A stretch of DNA of 64,000 nucleotides, from assembly GCA_947487385.1 (NCBI GenBank), contig CANKWU010000007.1, positions 7,894 to 71,893 of the forward strand, in the 5' to 3' direction. This DNA comes from Spartobacteria bacterium (GTDB lineage: Bacteria; Verrucomicrobiota; Verrucomicrobiia; Chthoniobacterales; UBA6821). The translations under genes and the position numbers were made by a program. Shown piece after piece: positions 34,388-43,640 of this stretch (positions are counted from its first letter, which is position 1; the number at the start of each line of letters is the position of its first letter). A model generated the notes under the pieces. The model had not been told where the DNA came from, did no database searches, and worked only from the letters and a program-made list of their open reading frames with translations.

Positions 34388-35125
34388 CTATAATCCGCTT
34401 ATCGGGACGACAAACTCTGGGCGCTGTAAAAAGGGAAGTTCGCCAAGTTTTTTAGGACGGCGGGTCTTCCTTTCTGGAATCAAACCATGCTGAAAACAAT
34501 ACTCGGAAATCGTCGCGACGATCTCTCGCGCGGTCCGTTTCCGATCAATCGAAATCCCTCCGAGTGAGGCTCCTCCGGCGTTTGCCACAGCACCCGGCAC
34601 GGAGAAGGCTCCCGCAGGGGTGAAGGCTGCCCAAGCGCCGGGAGCCAAGCCAGACCCCCCTGAGGTAAGGAGAGATAGGAATTGGGTGGATTCCTTCCCT
34701 GAGTCTGCGAAAACCTGGACCCGAGTCTCAAGCTTGGTTCCCCCAGCTCCGAACCCGACAATCGTTCTCAAGACGCGGCTCCCCTGATTCACACGATCAT
34801 AGGTGCCAGCCACGAGCCAGAAGTTTCCGCGTGGCGGCACTTTGCCTGGCTTGAGGACTTCGGCAGGAGCGACATACTTATTGAGTTGTTCAACGATCCC
34901 CTGAGCGAGAGCAAGCTTTTCGGCAGCAATGAAGGTCGTTAGGTCTTTCCCATCACGATCAACGCGAAAATTGTCGAAGGGGGCTTTGAATTCTTGGACA
35001 TAAATCCTGGCAGGAAGTTTTTTCGGGCCCTCACCCTTGGAAAAAACATTGCCGACTCCGACAGAGGCGCAACCCGTAAGAGCTACCAAGGAGACAGCAA
35101 AAAGAAAACGAAGAGAGCAGTTCAC
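34388..35125 (-). CDS. Putative lipoprotein
   Basis: A GTG at 35125 gives (M)NCSLRFLFAVSLVALTGC, a signal peptide plus lipobox. The track ORF start at 35224 would overlap the divergent neighbour. Possibly DUF4410-like (weak recollection). Confidence 0.5.
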   Translation of the reverse strand: MNCSLRFLFAVSLVALTGCASVGVGNVFSKGEGPKKLPARIYVQEFKAPFDNFRVDRDGKDLTTFIAAEKLALAQGIVEQLNKYVAPAEVLKPGKVPPRGNFWLVAGTYDRVNQGSRVLRTIVGFGAGGTKLETRVQVFADSGKESTQFLSLLTSGGSGLAPGAWAAFTPAGAFSVPGAVANAGGASLGGISIDRKRTAREIVATISEYCFQHGLIPERKTRRPKKLGELPFLQRPEFVVPISGL

Positions 35126-35197
35126 GAGACGGAAGAGATTCAAGGTCGTTGAATTTGCTCGCGAAGCCGACGATGTCCATGAAAAAAGCAGATTGCC

Positions 35198-36502
35198 ATG
35201 ACAGCCGCTGAAGTTCCTCATCATCTCCCCGGGCCCCTTCTTCTGGTCCCGTTCATTCTTCAGTTGCTGGCCATCGCCCTCATGCCGTTTCTCTCACCTC
35301 ATTGGTGGGAGCGTCATTACCCCAAGGTTGCCATGGTGCTCGGCGGATTTACAGGGGGTTACTATCTACTGATTTATCACGATGCTCCTCGCATCGGCGA
35401 GGCCCTTCATGAATATGGAAGCTTCGTGATTCTGCTGGCCTCGCTCTTTATCGTGGCTGGGGGAATCCATATAAGTATCCGAGGGGAGATGCGCCCTTCG
35501 GGAAATCTGCTCTTTCTACTCACCGGCGCGGTACTGGCTAATCTGATCGGAACGACGGGAGCCTCGATGCTTTTGATCCGTCCCTGGATTCGAATGAATA
35601 AGTATCGATTCACCGGTTTTCACACGGTTTTTTTCATCTTTCTCGTTTCGAATGTCGGTGGAGCCCTGACCCCCATCGGAGATCCGCCCCTTTTTCTAGG
35701 CTTTCTCAAGGGAGTACCCTTCTTCTGGACTCTGCTCCATCTCTGGCAACCGTGGCTCCTGGTCACTCTGGTCTTGGGCGCGATTTTCTACCTGATAGAT
35801 CGTGAGAATTTTCTCAGGGCGCCCCGCGCCGTACGCTCTGTTTTGGTGGAGGGGAAAGGAAGAGCCGGTGAGCCCTCCTTCTCTGTTGAGGGCATCGCTA
35901 ATCTGATTCCTCTGGGGGCGATCATCGGGGCCTTCTTCCTGCCAAGCCCCTGGCGCGAGGTCATCATGGCCGTCGTTGCTTTCCTCTCCTGGTATCTCAC
36001 CCCCCGACTGATCCATCAACGGAATGACTTTTCGTTCAACCCGATCAAGGAAGTGGCTTGGATTTTTCTTGGGATTTTTCTCACGATGATCCCCGCCCTT
36101 GATTATCTCGGGTACCATGCCCCTGCTCTCGCCTCTACCATGGGCATGGGAAGCACTCACTTCTATTATGCCACGGGAATTCTCTCCTCCGTTCTCGATA
36201 ATGCTCCAACTTATCTGGCCTTCCTTTCCGTGGAGATGGGCCTGCAGGGCGGTTCACTGAACCACCCCCAGGACATCATCAGGGTTGCCAGCGAAGACCC
36301 GGCACATCTGATGGCGATCTCCCTGGGAGCGGTCTTCTTCGGCGCCATGACCTATATCGGTAACGGACCGAACTTCATGGTGAGAAGCATCGTGACAGGG
36401 TCGGGCGAGAAGTGCCCAGACTTCTTCGGATACATATTCCGCTATGCACTCCCAATTCTTCTCCCGGTGCTAGCGCTGGCCGGTTGGTTGTTCCTCAGGT
36501 AG
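35198..36502 (+). CDS. Polytopic permease, ArsB/NhaD (citrate-transporter-like) superfamily; putative ion transporter
   Basis: About 11-12 predicted TMs. The N-terminus PFILQLLAIALMPFLSPHWWERHYPKV resembles proteins annotated as sodium:proton antiporters. The substrate is not inferable. Confidence 0.5.
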   Translation: MTAAEVPHHLPGPLLLVPFILQLLAIALMPFLSPHWWERHYPKVAMVLGGFTGGYYLLIYHDAPRIGEALHEYGSFVILLASLFIVAGGIHISIRGEMRPSGNLLFLLTGAVLANLIGTTGASMLLIRPWIRMNKYRFTGFHTVFFIFLVSNVGGALTPIGDPPLFLGFLKGVPFFWTLLHLWQPWLLVTLVLGAIFYLIDRENFLRAPRAVRSVLVEGKGRAGEPSFSVEGIANLIPLGAIIGAFFLPSPWREVIMAVVAFLSWYLTPRLIHQRNDFSFNPIKEVAWIFLGIFLTMIPALDYLGYHAPALASTMGMGSTHFYYATGILSSVLDNAPTYLAFLSVEMGLQGGSLNHPQDIIRVASEDPAHLMAISLGAVFFGAMTYIGNGPNFMVRSIVTGSGEKCPDFFGYIFRYALPILLPVLALAGWLFLR

Positions 36503-36511
36503 CATCATGCT

Positions 36512-37099
36512 ATGTTTACTGGACTTATTGAATCTATCGGGACCGTTCGATCGCTCGAGAAGCGCGGCGATGCCGCCCGCGTGGCTCTCGAGACTCCCTT
36601 GGCGATCGACCTCTCTGTAGGTGAAAGCCTGGCCGTCAATGGTTGCTGCCTCACCGTTACGACCAAAGATTCCGCTTCGGCAAGTTTCGATCTCCTGGGG
36701 GAGACCCTTGCACGGACAAATCTCGGTCATCTCGCTGCCGGATCACGGGTGAATCTGGAACGCGCCCTGCGAGCAGACGGCCGTTTCGGAGGACACTTTG
36801 TCCAAGGCCATATCGACACGACGGCCCAGGTCATCTCTGTAGAAAAAAAGAACGGAGATCTCCTTCTTCTGATCGAACTTCCTCCGGCGGGAGCCCCTTA
36901 CTTCATCGAAAAGGGATCAATAGCCGTGAATGGAGTTTCGCTGACCGTCTCCTCTCTCACGAACGATCACTTCGGCCTCTGGATCATACCACACACCCTT
37001 CAAGAAACAAATCTTGGCGATCTTAAGAATGGTGATCTCGTGAACCTCGAGTATGACATGCTCGCGAAATACGCGGCGCGGCAATTGGGTGACAGGTAA
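36512..37099 (+). CDS. ribE: Riboflavin synthase alpha chain
   Basis: MFTGLIESIGTV, with the duplicated lumazine-binding repeats (GESLAVNGCCLTV / GSIAVNGVSLTV). Confidence 0.9.
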   Translation: MFTGLIESIGTVRSLEKRGDAARVALETPLAIDLSVGESLAVNGCCLTVTTKDSASASFDLLGETLARTNLGHLAAGSRVNLERALRADGRFGGHFVQGHIDTTAQVISVEKKNGDLLLLIELPPAGAPYFIEKGSIAVNGVSLTVSSLTNDHFGLWIIPHTLQETNLGDLKNGDLVNLEYDMLAKYAARQLGDR

Positions 37100-37197
37100 C
37101 GAGAATGGATGATCAGGCATGCATGACCTAGCTGCCTTTCCCATGATTTTTCATCTCCCCCCATCGCCGATTACCTGAACCCTATCCCCCTCTTGTC

Positions 37198-38331
37198 ATG
37201 CTTCGCATCGCTCTCCTCATGCTCTTTCGGGATCGAGCTAAGTATGTTATGCTCATCGTCGGACTGACCTTCTGCTCTCTTCTCATGACCCAGCAGTCCT
37301 CGGTCTTTTGCGGCCTGATGCTCTGGACCTCGGCAACGGTCCGAAACATCGGGGCCAAGGTGTGGGTCTTCGATGCCAAGGTGGAGCAGGTCAACGAAGT
37401 GATCCCGCTTCGAGAGATTGAGGTCACACGGGTCCGCGGTATACCTGGAGTCGAATGGGCCGTCCCTCTCTATGTCGGCATTGAGCAGGCCCGACTCAGC
37501 GACGGATCGTTCCAGAATATTCAGTTGGTGGGACTCGACACGGCGACTTTTGTTGGTCGTCCCATGGAGATCACCAAGGGAAGGATCGAGGACCTGCGCA
37601 TGCCGGACGCCGTCATCATCGACCAAGTCGGTGTTGATAAGTTCCGAAAAAAGGGAATCACGATCGATATTGGAACCACCTTTGAGATCAACGACAAGAC
37701 GGCGCGCGTCGTGGCGCTCTGCCATGCCAACCGGAGCTTCCTCGGGCAACCATACATCTACACAACCTATGACCGGGCACTTCAGTTTGCGAAGCCCCAG
37801 CGAAAGATGATGAGCTGCGTCCTGGTAGAGCCCAAGCCAGGGGTTTCCTCCAAGGAGCTTGCTGAGAGCATCAGTGCGATTCCGGGCCTGCGAGCCTTCG
37901 AACGCGACGATCTCTTCTGGAGTACCGTGTGGTGGTATATCAAGAACACCGGCATCCCAATCTCCTTCGGCACGGTTGTTCTTATGGGAGTGATCGTTGG
38001 CATCGCAATCGCTGGGCAGACCTTCTACCTCTTCATTCTGGATAATCTCCGCTACCTCGCAGCGCTGAAGGCCATGGGTGCGCGTATGCCTATCTTGGCC
38101 GCCATGGTCTTTCTCCAATCCTTCTCCGTAGGATTTGTCGGCTTCGGTCTCGGTGTAGGGTTGACATCAATCTTCGGATACAAGGTTCTTAAAATCGAAC
38201 AGCCACCTTTTTTCATGCCGTGGCAGGTGCCGGCCTTTGTGGCAGTGATCATTATCCTTATCTGCTGTTTTTCAGCAGCAATTGGCCTTCGCCAGATCGC
38301 AAAGCTGGAGCCAGCCGTCGTCTTCAAATGA
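37198..38331 (+). CDS. ABC exporter permease, FtsX/DevC-like
   Basis: It has an N-terminal TM, a large periplasmic loop and a C-terminal FtsX-type 3-TM bundle. An ABC ATPase and an HlyD adaptor follow. Confidence 0.75.
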   Translation: MLRIALLMLFRDRAKYVMLIVGLTFCSLLMTQQSSVFCGLMLWTSATVRNIGAKVWVFDAKVEQVNEVIPLREIEVTRVRGIPGVEWAVPLYVGIEQARLSDGSFQNIQLVGLDTATFVGRPMEITKGRIEDLRMPDAVIIDQVGVDKFRKKGITIDIGTTFEINDKTARVVALCHANRSFLGQPYIYTTYDRALQFAKPQRKMMSCVLVEPKPGVSSKELAESISAIPGLRAFERDDLFWSTVWWYIKNTGIPISFGTVVLMGVIVGIAIAGQTFYLFILDNLRYLAALKAMGARMPILAAMVFLQSFSVGFVGFGLGVGLTSIFGYKVLKIEQPPFFMPWQVPAFVAVIIILICCFSAAIGLRQIAKLEPAVVFK

Positions 38332-39065
38332 GCTCTTACGAAGCATCGCAAGTAGGGTCGGGTTCCATAGCTGTGGCAGTCCGTAACGTGACGAAGATCT
38401 TTCAAAACGGTGACACCCCTACTTATGCCCTGCGTGATGTTTCCTTCGAGGCTCGGTGTGGAGAACTCACCATGATCGTCGGCCCCTCGGGTTGCGGAAA
38501 GACAACCCTACTAAGCGTGATCTGCGGGACATTGGCGATAGACTCCGGCAGCATTGAGGTCTTTGGAAAAAACTTGGGCGCCATGAGTTCCTCGGAGGTG
38601 ACCGGGTTCCGCAGTAAGAATGTGGGATTCATCTTTCAGCAGTTCAACCTGATCCCAACCCTTACCGTGGTGGAGAATGTTTCCATCCCGCTCATCCTAC
38701 AGGGTTGGAACTACCGCAAGGCCGAGGAAAAGTCTGCAGCGATCCTTAAAGATGTGGGCCTGGGCGAGCGTATTCGATCGTTTCCAAAACAGCTCTCCGG
38801 GGGGCAGCAGCAACGGGTCGCAATCTCCCGTGCCCTAGTCCATGACCCCAAACTCATCATCTGTGACGAACCGACCGCCTCACTCGATGCCAAGACCGGT
38901 CATCATGCTCTGGAACTTCTTAAGAGGAGCGCCTGCGCTCCCGATCGCTGTGTGATTGTCGTCACCCACGATAGTAGGATTTTTTCCTTCGCAGATTGGA
39001 TTGCAGAGATGGAAGATGGCAGGGTGGTAAAAAGTTGTTCCGCCTCCGAATATCATCATGCTTAA
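38328..39065 (+). CDS. ABC transporter ATP-binding protein (MacB/LolD/DevA-like)
   Basis: Its ATG overlaps the upstream stop (ATGA at 38328-38331). Walker A is GPSGCGKTT, the signature LSGGQQQRVAISRAL and Walker B LIICDEPT. Confidence 0.9.
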   Translation: MSSYEASQVGSGSIAVAVRNVTKIFQNGDTPTYALRDVSFEARCGELTMIVGPSGCGKTTLLSVICGTLAIDSGSIEVFGKNLGAMSSSEVTGFRSKNVGFIFQQFNLIPTLTVVENVSIPLILQGWNYRKAEEKSAAILKDVGLGERIRSFPKQLSGGQQQRVAISRALVHDPKLIICDEPTASLDAKTGHHALELLKRSACAPDRCVIVVTHDSRIFSFADWIAEMEDGRVVKSCSASEYHHA

Positions 39066-40050
39066 ACGTCTCAGCATTTTTCTGGCGCTTGCGGGGATCC
39101 TCGCAGTCACCCTGCTCGTGTTCCGACTGAAGAAAGCCCCGCCAACACCAATCCCCTTGGTTGAACCGTCACGAGCACCCTATGCCGACTCCATCGGGGC
39201 TCGCGGGATCGTTGAGGCGGTCAATGAGAACGTCATTGTTGCACCGATTCTGCCAGGGATGATCACGGATATCTACGTGCACGTCGGGGACTTGGTGAAA
39301 AAGGGAGCCCCCCTCTTCCGACAGGATACCCGTGATGCTGGGGCTAAAGTCAGCGCCCAGCAGGCTCAAGTCGCACTCTTGGAAGCGCGCGTCAAGGAAT
39401 CGGAGGTGCGGGTAGCCGACAAGCAGGATGATCTGGCGCGAGCTGACCGACTCCTCTCGCAGAGGGTGATTAGCGACGATGTGCAGCGGAGGAAGTATTT
39501 TGAACTTAAGTCGGCAGAGTCCTCCCTTGACTCCGCGCGCGCAGAACTCCTCCTGGCTCGCGCCCAGTTGACTCAGGCGGAAGTGACGCTCGATCTGCTC
39601 ACCGTTCGAGCACCGCGAGATGGCGAGATCCTCCGGCAGAACATGCATGAGGGGGAATACGCGGGGGTCGCTTCTTCCGATCAGAACACTCCCTCCCTAC
39701 TGCTTGGGGAAACGACGCACCTGCAGCTCCGTGCCGACGTGGATGAGGATAGTGCTTCACGAGTCCAGACGGGAGCTGTTGCCGTGGCCTACATCAAGGG
39801 GATGCACTCTGATCCCATCCCTCTCCGCTTCGTCCGGATCGAACCCTACATCACCGTGAAGAAGTCGCTCACCGGCGATAGTAGCGAGCGCGTCGACACC
39901 CGCGTCCTTCAGGTGATCTACCAGTTCGACAAGACCAAGGTGCCCGTCTATGTGGGCCAGCAGATGGATGTCTTTATCGAGGGTAAAGCCCCTAAGGATC
40001 CGCAACGCGAGAACGACAAAAAGATCCTTCTCACGCCTAAGTCATCCTGA
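39058..40050 (+). CDS. HlyD-family periplasmic adaptor (DevB-like)
   Basis: 8-nt overlap with the ATPase gene. It has an N-terminal TM, a lipoyl-like hairpin (GDLVKKGAPLFRQD), a coiled coil and a beta-barrel. Confidence 0.8.
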   Translation: MLKRLSIFLALAGILAVTLLVFRLKKAPPTPIPLVEPSRAPYADSIGARGIVEAVNENVIVAPILPGMITDIYVHVGDLVKKGAPLFRQDTRDAGAKVSAQQAQVALLEARVKESEVRVADKQDDLARADRLLSQRVISDDVQRRKYFELKSAESSLDSARAELLLARAQLTQAEVTLDLLTVRAPRDGEILRQNMHEGEYAGVASSDQNTPSLLLGETTHLQLRADVDEDSASRVQTGAVAVAYIKGMHSDPIPLRFVRIEPYITVKKSLTGDSSERVDTRVLQVIYQFDKTKVPVYVGQQMDVFIEGKAPKDPQRENDKKILLTPKSS

Positions 40051-40146
40051 GCCTGGTAAAGTCCCTCAGCCAAATGGTGTGAAGGCAAATTAACATTCAC
40101 CGGTTTTATCAGCGGAATGAGTGGGAGAGACGCCCTGCACCTACCC

Positions 40147-40872
40147 TTAAGACTTGCCGGAAAAAGGTAATTTACCTCGGACTGCTATTGGAGAACCTTC
40201 GGCAAGAAAAATGGAACTCGGCGGATAAGATAGACTTTCGACAAAAGCATTTCCATAAAGTTTGGAAACGTCTGCGTCTAATTCGTAATCAGTACATTGC
40301 TGAATATTCCAGCGTGGATGTTCCACCTGAAATTCGCAACCTTCCCGAGACTGAGCGTTATAACCCCAGTAGTGCTCAGTAATGAACTCTTCTTCCGAGC
40401 CAACCGCTATTGCCCCTAAAGGACCTACTCCCGTAGCTCGAACTGATTCCCATTGATGATTTCTTTTCCAGGAATATTCAATCCGGACTCCTGATTCGGT
40501 CACACCGATGTGGTGTTTCATCGGCAGAGCTCGATAGGGCTCACCGTAGAAAGTACGTGCAGTAAAGGCAATCGCCCACTTGGGAACCAATTCGCTGACA
40601 AAAACTACTCCCCGTCGCCAGGAATTCTTGATTTTACGCCGAACATAAAATCTTAAATTCACCTCTTCAAAATCTTTGTGAAAGGGAAATGTGAACCCCA
40701 GAACCCGAGTCTTGATGAACCTAAATCCAACGATGCTCAGATACGTTTTATTATCAAAGAAGTCCAACTCAGTACCTGAAGGCACAAGTGGCTTCAGGAC
40801 AGCAGGATCGACCACATAATTAGCCATTAAAAGGTGCCTCCATTCGGCAGTGAGGAATAGGGAAGTTTTCAA
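40147..40872 (-). CDS. DUF2071 (YqjF-like) family protein
   Basis: LFLTAEWRHLLMANYVVDPAVLKPLVPSGTELD matches my recollection of the DUF2071 N-terminus. Confidence 0.6.
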   Translation of the reverse strand: MKTSLFLTAEWRHLLMANYVVDPAVLKPLVPSGTELDFFDNKTYLSIVGFRFIKTRVLGFTFPFHKDFEEVNLRFYVRRKIKNSWRRGVVFVSELVPKWAIAFTARTFYGEPYRALPMKHHIGVTESGVRIEYSWKRNHQWESVRATGVGPLGAIAVGSEEEFITEHYWGYNAQSREGCEFQVEHPRWNIQQCTDYELDADVSKLYGNAFVESLSYPPSSIFLAEGSPIAVRGKLPFSGKS

Positions 40873-40924
40873 GGGCTACCCTTAAGTCCAGTTGAGCGAT
40901 CGTGAGATGTCGATTAAGAGTTTT

Positions 40925-42517
40925 TTAACCTGGAGTGTTAAGCGTAAGCGTCCTTTTAGGATCCTTGTTTAAGGATTTCAGAAAACTCTCTGCCTCGGCG
41001 ACGATTTTGAGACGCTCCTTGGCATCACGTTTTTGCCATGACCGGACAGGCATTGCGGTTCTGGGATTTCGGATCAAGAGCTCCTGATTCGTGTGGAAAA
41101 AATTCCAATAGAGTAGATTCAGCGGGCAGGCCCCTTTACCGCTCTTGATGCTGGGACTGAATGAACAGGTGCTGCAATAGTTGCTCATTTTATTGATGTA
41201 GGCACCACTGGCAGCATAGGGCTTGGTAGCCATGAATCCGCCATCCGCGTGCAAGGCCATTCCAAGAACGTTCGCAGCCATCACCCAATCATGGGCATCG
41301 ACATACATCTCGTTGAACCATCGAAGTGCTTCCTGAGGATTAACTCCTGCCATTAGTAAAAAGTTCCCCAGAACCATGAGCCGCTGGATGTGGTGATTGA
41401 AACCCCGGTCAAGCGTTTCCCGTAGGGCTGTGGACAAACAGTTCATCGAGGTCTCACCGGAGTAGAAGAACTCGGGGAGCGACCGTGTGGCGTTAAGACC
41501 ATTGACCGAGGCGTACTCAGGCATTTTTAGCCAGTAGACACCGTTCACAAACTCACGCCAGCCGATCACTTGCCTGATAAATCCCTCCACGGCATGGAGG
41601 GGTGCCTTCCCTTCTTTGAAGGCCTTCTCTGCCGCCAGAACGCACTCCATTGGTTCGAGTAAGCCGATGTTGAGCATTGGTGAGAGGATGGAATGAAAGA
41701 GATCGCCATCTTCCGACACCATCAAGTCCTGCCAGGTGCCGAATTCCGGCAAGCGAGATTCGATGAATTCGCGCAGAGCTGTAAGAGAATCCACCCTCGT
41801 GACCGGTAATGAAAAGTCAGCGGCTTTTCCCGGTGCATCCGGATAGATCGTTGCCAACTCACGAGCGACTTCCTGTGTGATTTCATCCTGTGGCAGTGGA
41901 TGTGACTTTTTCGGTCGCGGCATACCTGCCTTCTTCCAGTCGGCAAAGGTGGCTCGGTTCTCCTGATCGTAGTTCCACTGCCCGCCGAGTGGCTTGGAGG
42001 CATCATCGGCCTCCATCAGCAGTCCCGTGCGACGACGCATCTCGCGATAAAAGGTCTCCATGAGAAGGCGCTTCTTAACTCCTGCCATCTCTAGAAAATC
42101 TTCCCTGGAGCACAAAAACTGAGTCGTTGGGATGATTGTGAGGGGAACAGGCAACTTGGCTTCTAGGATCTTCAGCGCCAGCTGCTCGTCATAATTATTA
42201 GGCTGGGCAACAAGCAGGGATGCGGGCTTTTGATCCCTACAATGCACTTCTAAAACAGATCGCATATCAGCTGTATTCTCCAACCGGTGATACTCAACTT
42301 CCCACCCTTCTGCTTCCCGTTCCGCCGCGAAGTGTCGCATGGCAGAGAGCAAAAGCATGAGGCGATGACGATGGTAGGGCAACTTGCCGAAGGACTGCCT
42401 CGACTCCACAAAGAGGAGGCGGTCCCTACCCTTTCGGGCCGATGCGATGGCCGCATGATGCTCCGAGAGCTGATCCGGAAGGATCAAAATAGAGTGCTTT
42501 TCAGAAGAAATAGGCAT
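40925..42517 (-). CDS. Fe-S bacterial cryptochrome/photolyase (FeS-BCP, COG3046; (6-4) photolyase-like)
   Basis: It resembles the deoxyribodipyrimidine photolyase-related protein family. One Cys lies in NCLSTALRE, followed by CSTC-x12-C (CSTCSFSPSIKSGKGAC). That reproduces the C..C-x2-C-x12-C 4Fe-4S ligand spacing known for PhrB/CryB. Confidence 0.8.
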   Translation of the reverse strand: MPISSEKHSILILPDQLSEHHAAIASARKGRDRLLFVESRQSFGKLPYHRHRLMLLLSAMRHFAAEREAEGWEVEYHRLENTADMRSVLEVHCRDQKPASLLVAQPNNYDEQLALKILEAKLPVPLTIIPTTQFLCSREDFLEMAGVKKRLLMETFYREMRRRTGLLMEADDASKPLGGQWNYDQENRATFADWKKAGMPRPKKSHPLPQDEITQEVARELATIYPDAPGKAADFSLPVTRVDSLTALREFIESRLPEFGTWQDLMVSEDGDLFHSILSPMLNIGLLEPMECVLAAEKAFKEGKAPLHAVEGFIRQVIGWREFVNGVYWLKMPEYASVNGLNATRSLPEFFYSGETSMNCLSTALRETLDRGFNHHIQRLMVLGNFLLMAGVNPQEALRWFNEMYVDAHDWVMAANVLGMALHADGGFMATKPYAASGAYINKMSNYCSTCSFSPSIKSGKGACPLNLLYWNFFHTNQELLIRNPRTAMPVRSWQKRDAKERLKIVAEAESFLKSLNKDPKRTLTLNTPG

Positions 42518-42664
42518 CGGTGATTAGGAAAAAGTTTACCCCTGCCGTGAGCGATTGCAGATGTAAATAGATGAGTGTTTCGAAAGTTTTTACAATTTTA
42601 GAACCAAAACTTTAGCAAAGTGGCATGAATGACGCCAAATTGACTCCCCTGCTAGAGTTAACCC

Positions 42665-43468
42665 ATGAGCAACACTCTTACGACGACGGAAGCCTATCTT
42701 AATGAAACTCTGCAGTCGGACTTAGAGACCATTGAATTACATCCCATCTTTGGATCCGTTCAATCTGAAGCCCAACTTCGCCTCTTCATGGAAAATCATG
42801 TTTTCCCGGTTTGGGATTTCATGTCTCTGCTGAAGTTTCTGCAGGCCACCCTGGCACCTGCAACCTGGCCTTGGATGCCAAGGCCTCTGGCTCACGGTGA
42901 TCTGGTGCGCTTGATCAACGATATTGTTGTCGCAGAAGAGAGCGATAAACTTCCCAAATCCCATCAAGGAGATTCTTCTCACGCCAGCCATTTTGACCTT
43001 TACCTGATAGCCATGCGTGAGGTCGGAGCCGACACGATGCCGATTACCGAGTTCCTGAGTGTCGTGGCGTCCCGAGGTCTTGATGCGGCTCTGGAGGCAC
43101 CGATGGTTTCTGATGCATCGCGGGCTTTCATGAAGGATACTTTTGCACTCCTTAGAGAGGGTAAACCCCACAAGGTGGCGGCCGCTTTCTCTTTCGGTCG
43201 TGAAAATGTCATCCCAGGCATGTTCACCTCATTGCTCGAGAAACTTGTCATCACTGAAGACCGTGCTCCGATTTTTCATTACTACCTGAAGCGTCACGCC
43301 GAACTCGATGGCGACGAACATGGTCCAGCAGCCCTTCGTTTGGTAGCCACTCTTTGCGGAGATGATCCGGTGAAGCTGGATGAGGCAGTCCATGCTGCCA
43401 AGGCGGCGCTGGCAAGCAGGGGCCGTCTCTGGGATAGCCTTCTAGAGAGACTGCTTTCCGATCACTAG
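42665..43468 (+). CDS. DUF3050 family (heme-oxygenase-like fold) protein
   Basis: IELHPIFGSVQSEAQLRLFMENHVFPVWDFMSLLKFLQ matches my recollection of DUF3050. Confidence 0.65.
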   Translation: MSNTLTTTEAYLNETLQSDLETIELHPIFGSVQSEAQLRLFMENHVFPVWDFMSLLKFLQATLAPATWPWMPRPLAHGDLVRLINDIVVAEESDKLPKSHQGDSSHASHFDLYLIAMREVGADTMPITEFLSVVASRGLDAALEAPMVSDASRAFMKDTFALLREGKPHKVAAAFSFGRENVIPGMFTSLLEKLVITEDRAPIFHYYLKRHAELDGDEHGPAALRLVATLCGDDPVKLDEAVHAAKAALASRGRLWDSLLERLLSDH

Positions 43469-43470
43469 TC

Positions 43471-43638
43471 ATGAGGATCAACGGGAAGGTGGTTAAGAAG
43501 GCCGACTTGCCGGAGAAGATCTGCCTGCACTGCAACCGCCCTTTCGCATGGCGCAAGAAATGGGATCGTGACTGGGAGTCCATCACCTGCTGCAGCGAAG
43601 CCTGCAAGGGAGAGTTAAAGCAAAGCCGTCGCCAGTGA
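43471..43638 (+). CDS. DUF2256 zinc-ribbon protein (55 aa; not in supplied ORF track)
   Basis: My own translation reads MRINGKVVKKADLPEKICLHCNRPFAWRKKWDRDWESITCCSEACKGELKQSRRQ*. The pattern C-x2-C..F.WRKKW...W....CS..C is the DUF2256 signature. The gene sits 2 nt after DUF3050 and 2 nt before the photolyase gene. Confidence 0.8.
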   Translation: MRINGKVVKKADLPEKICLHCNRPFAWRKKWDRDWESITCCSEACKGELKQSRRQ

Positions 43639-43640
43639 TC

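Noticed and set aside
37171-38118. 315-aa minus-strand ORF opposite the DevC-like permease
   Set aside because: It is an antisense shadow. The + strand gene has coherent TM topology and operon coupling, and the minus ORF has none.
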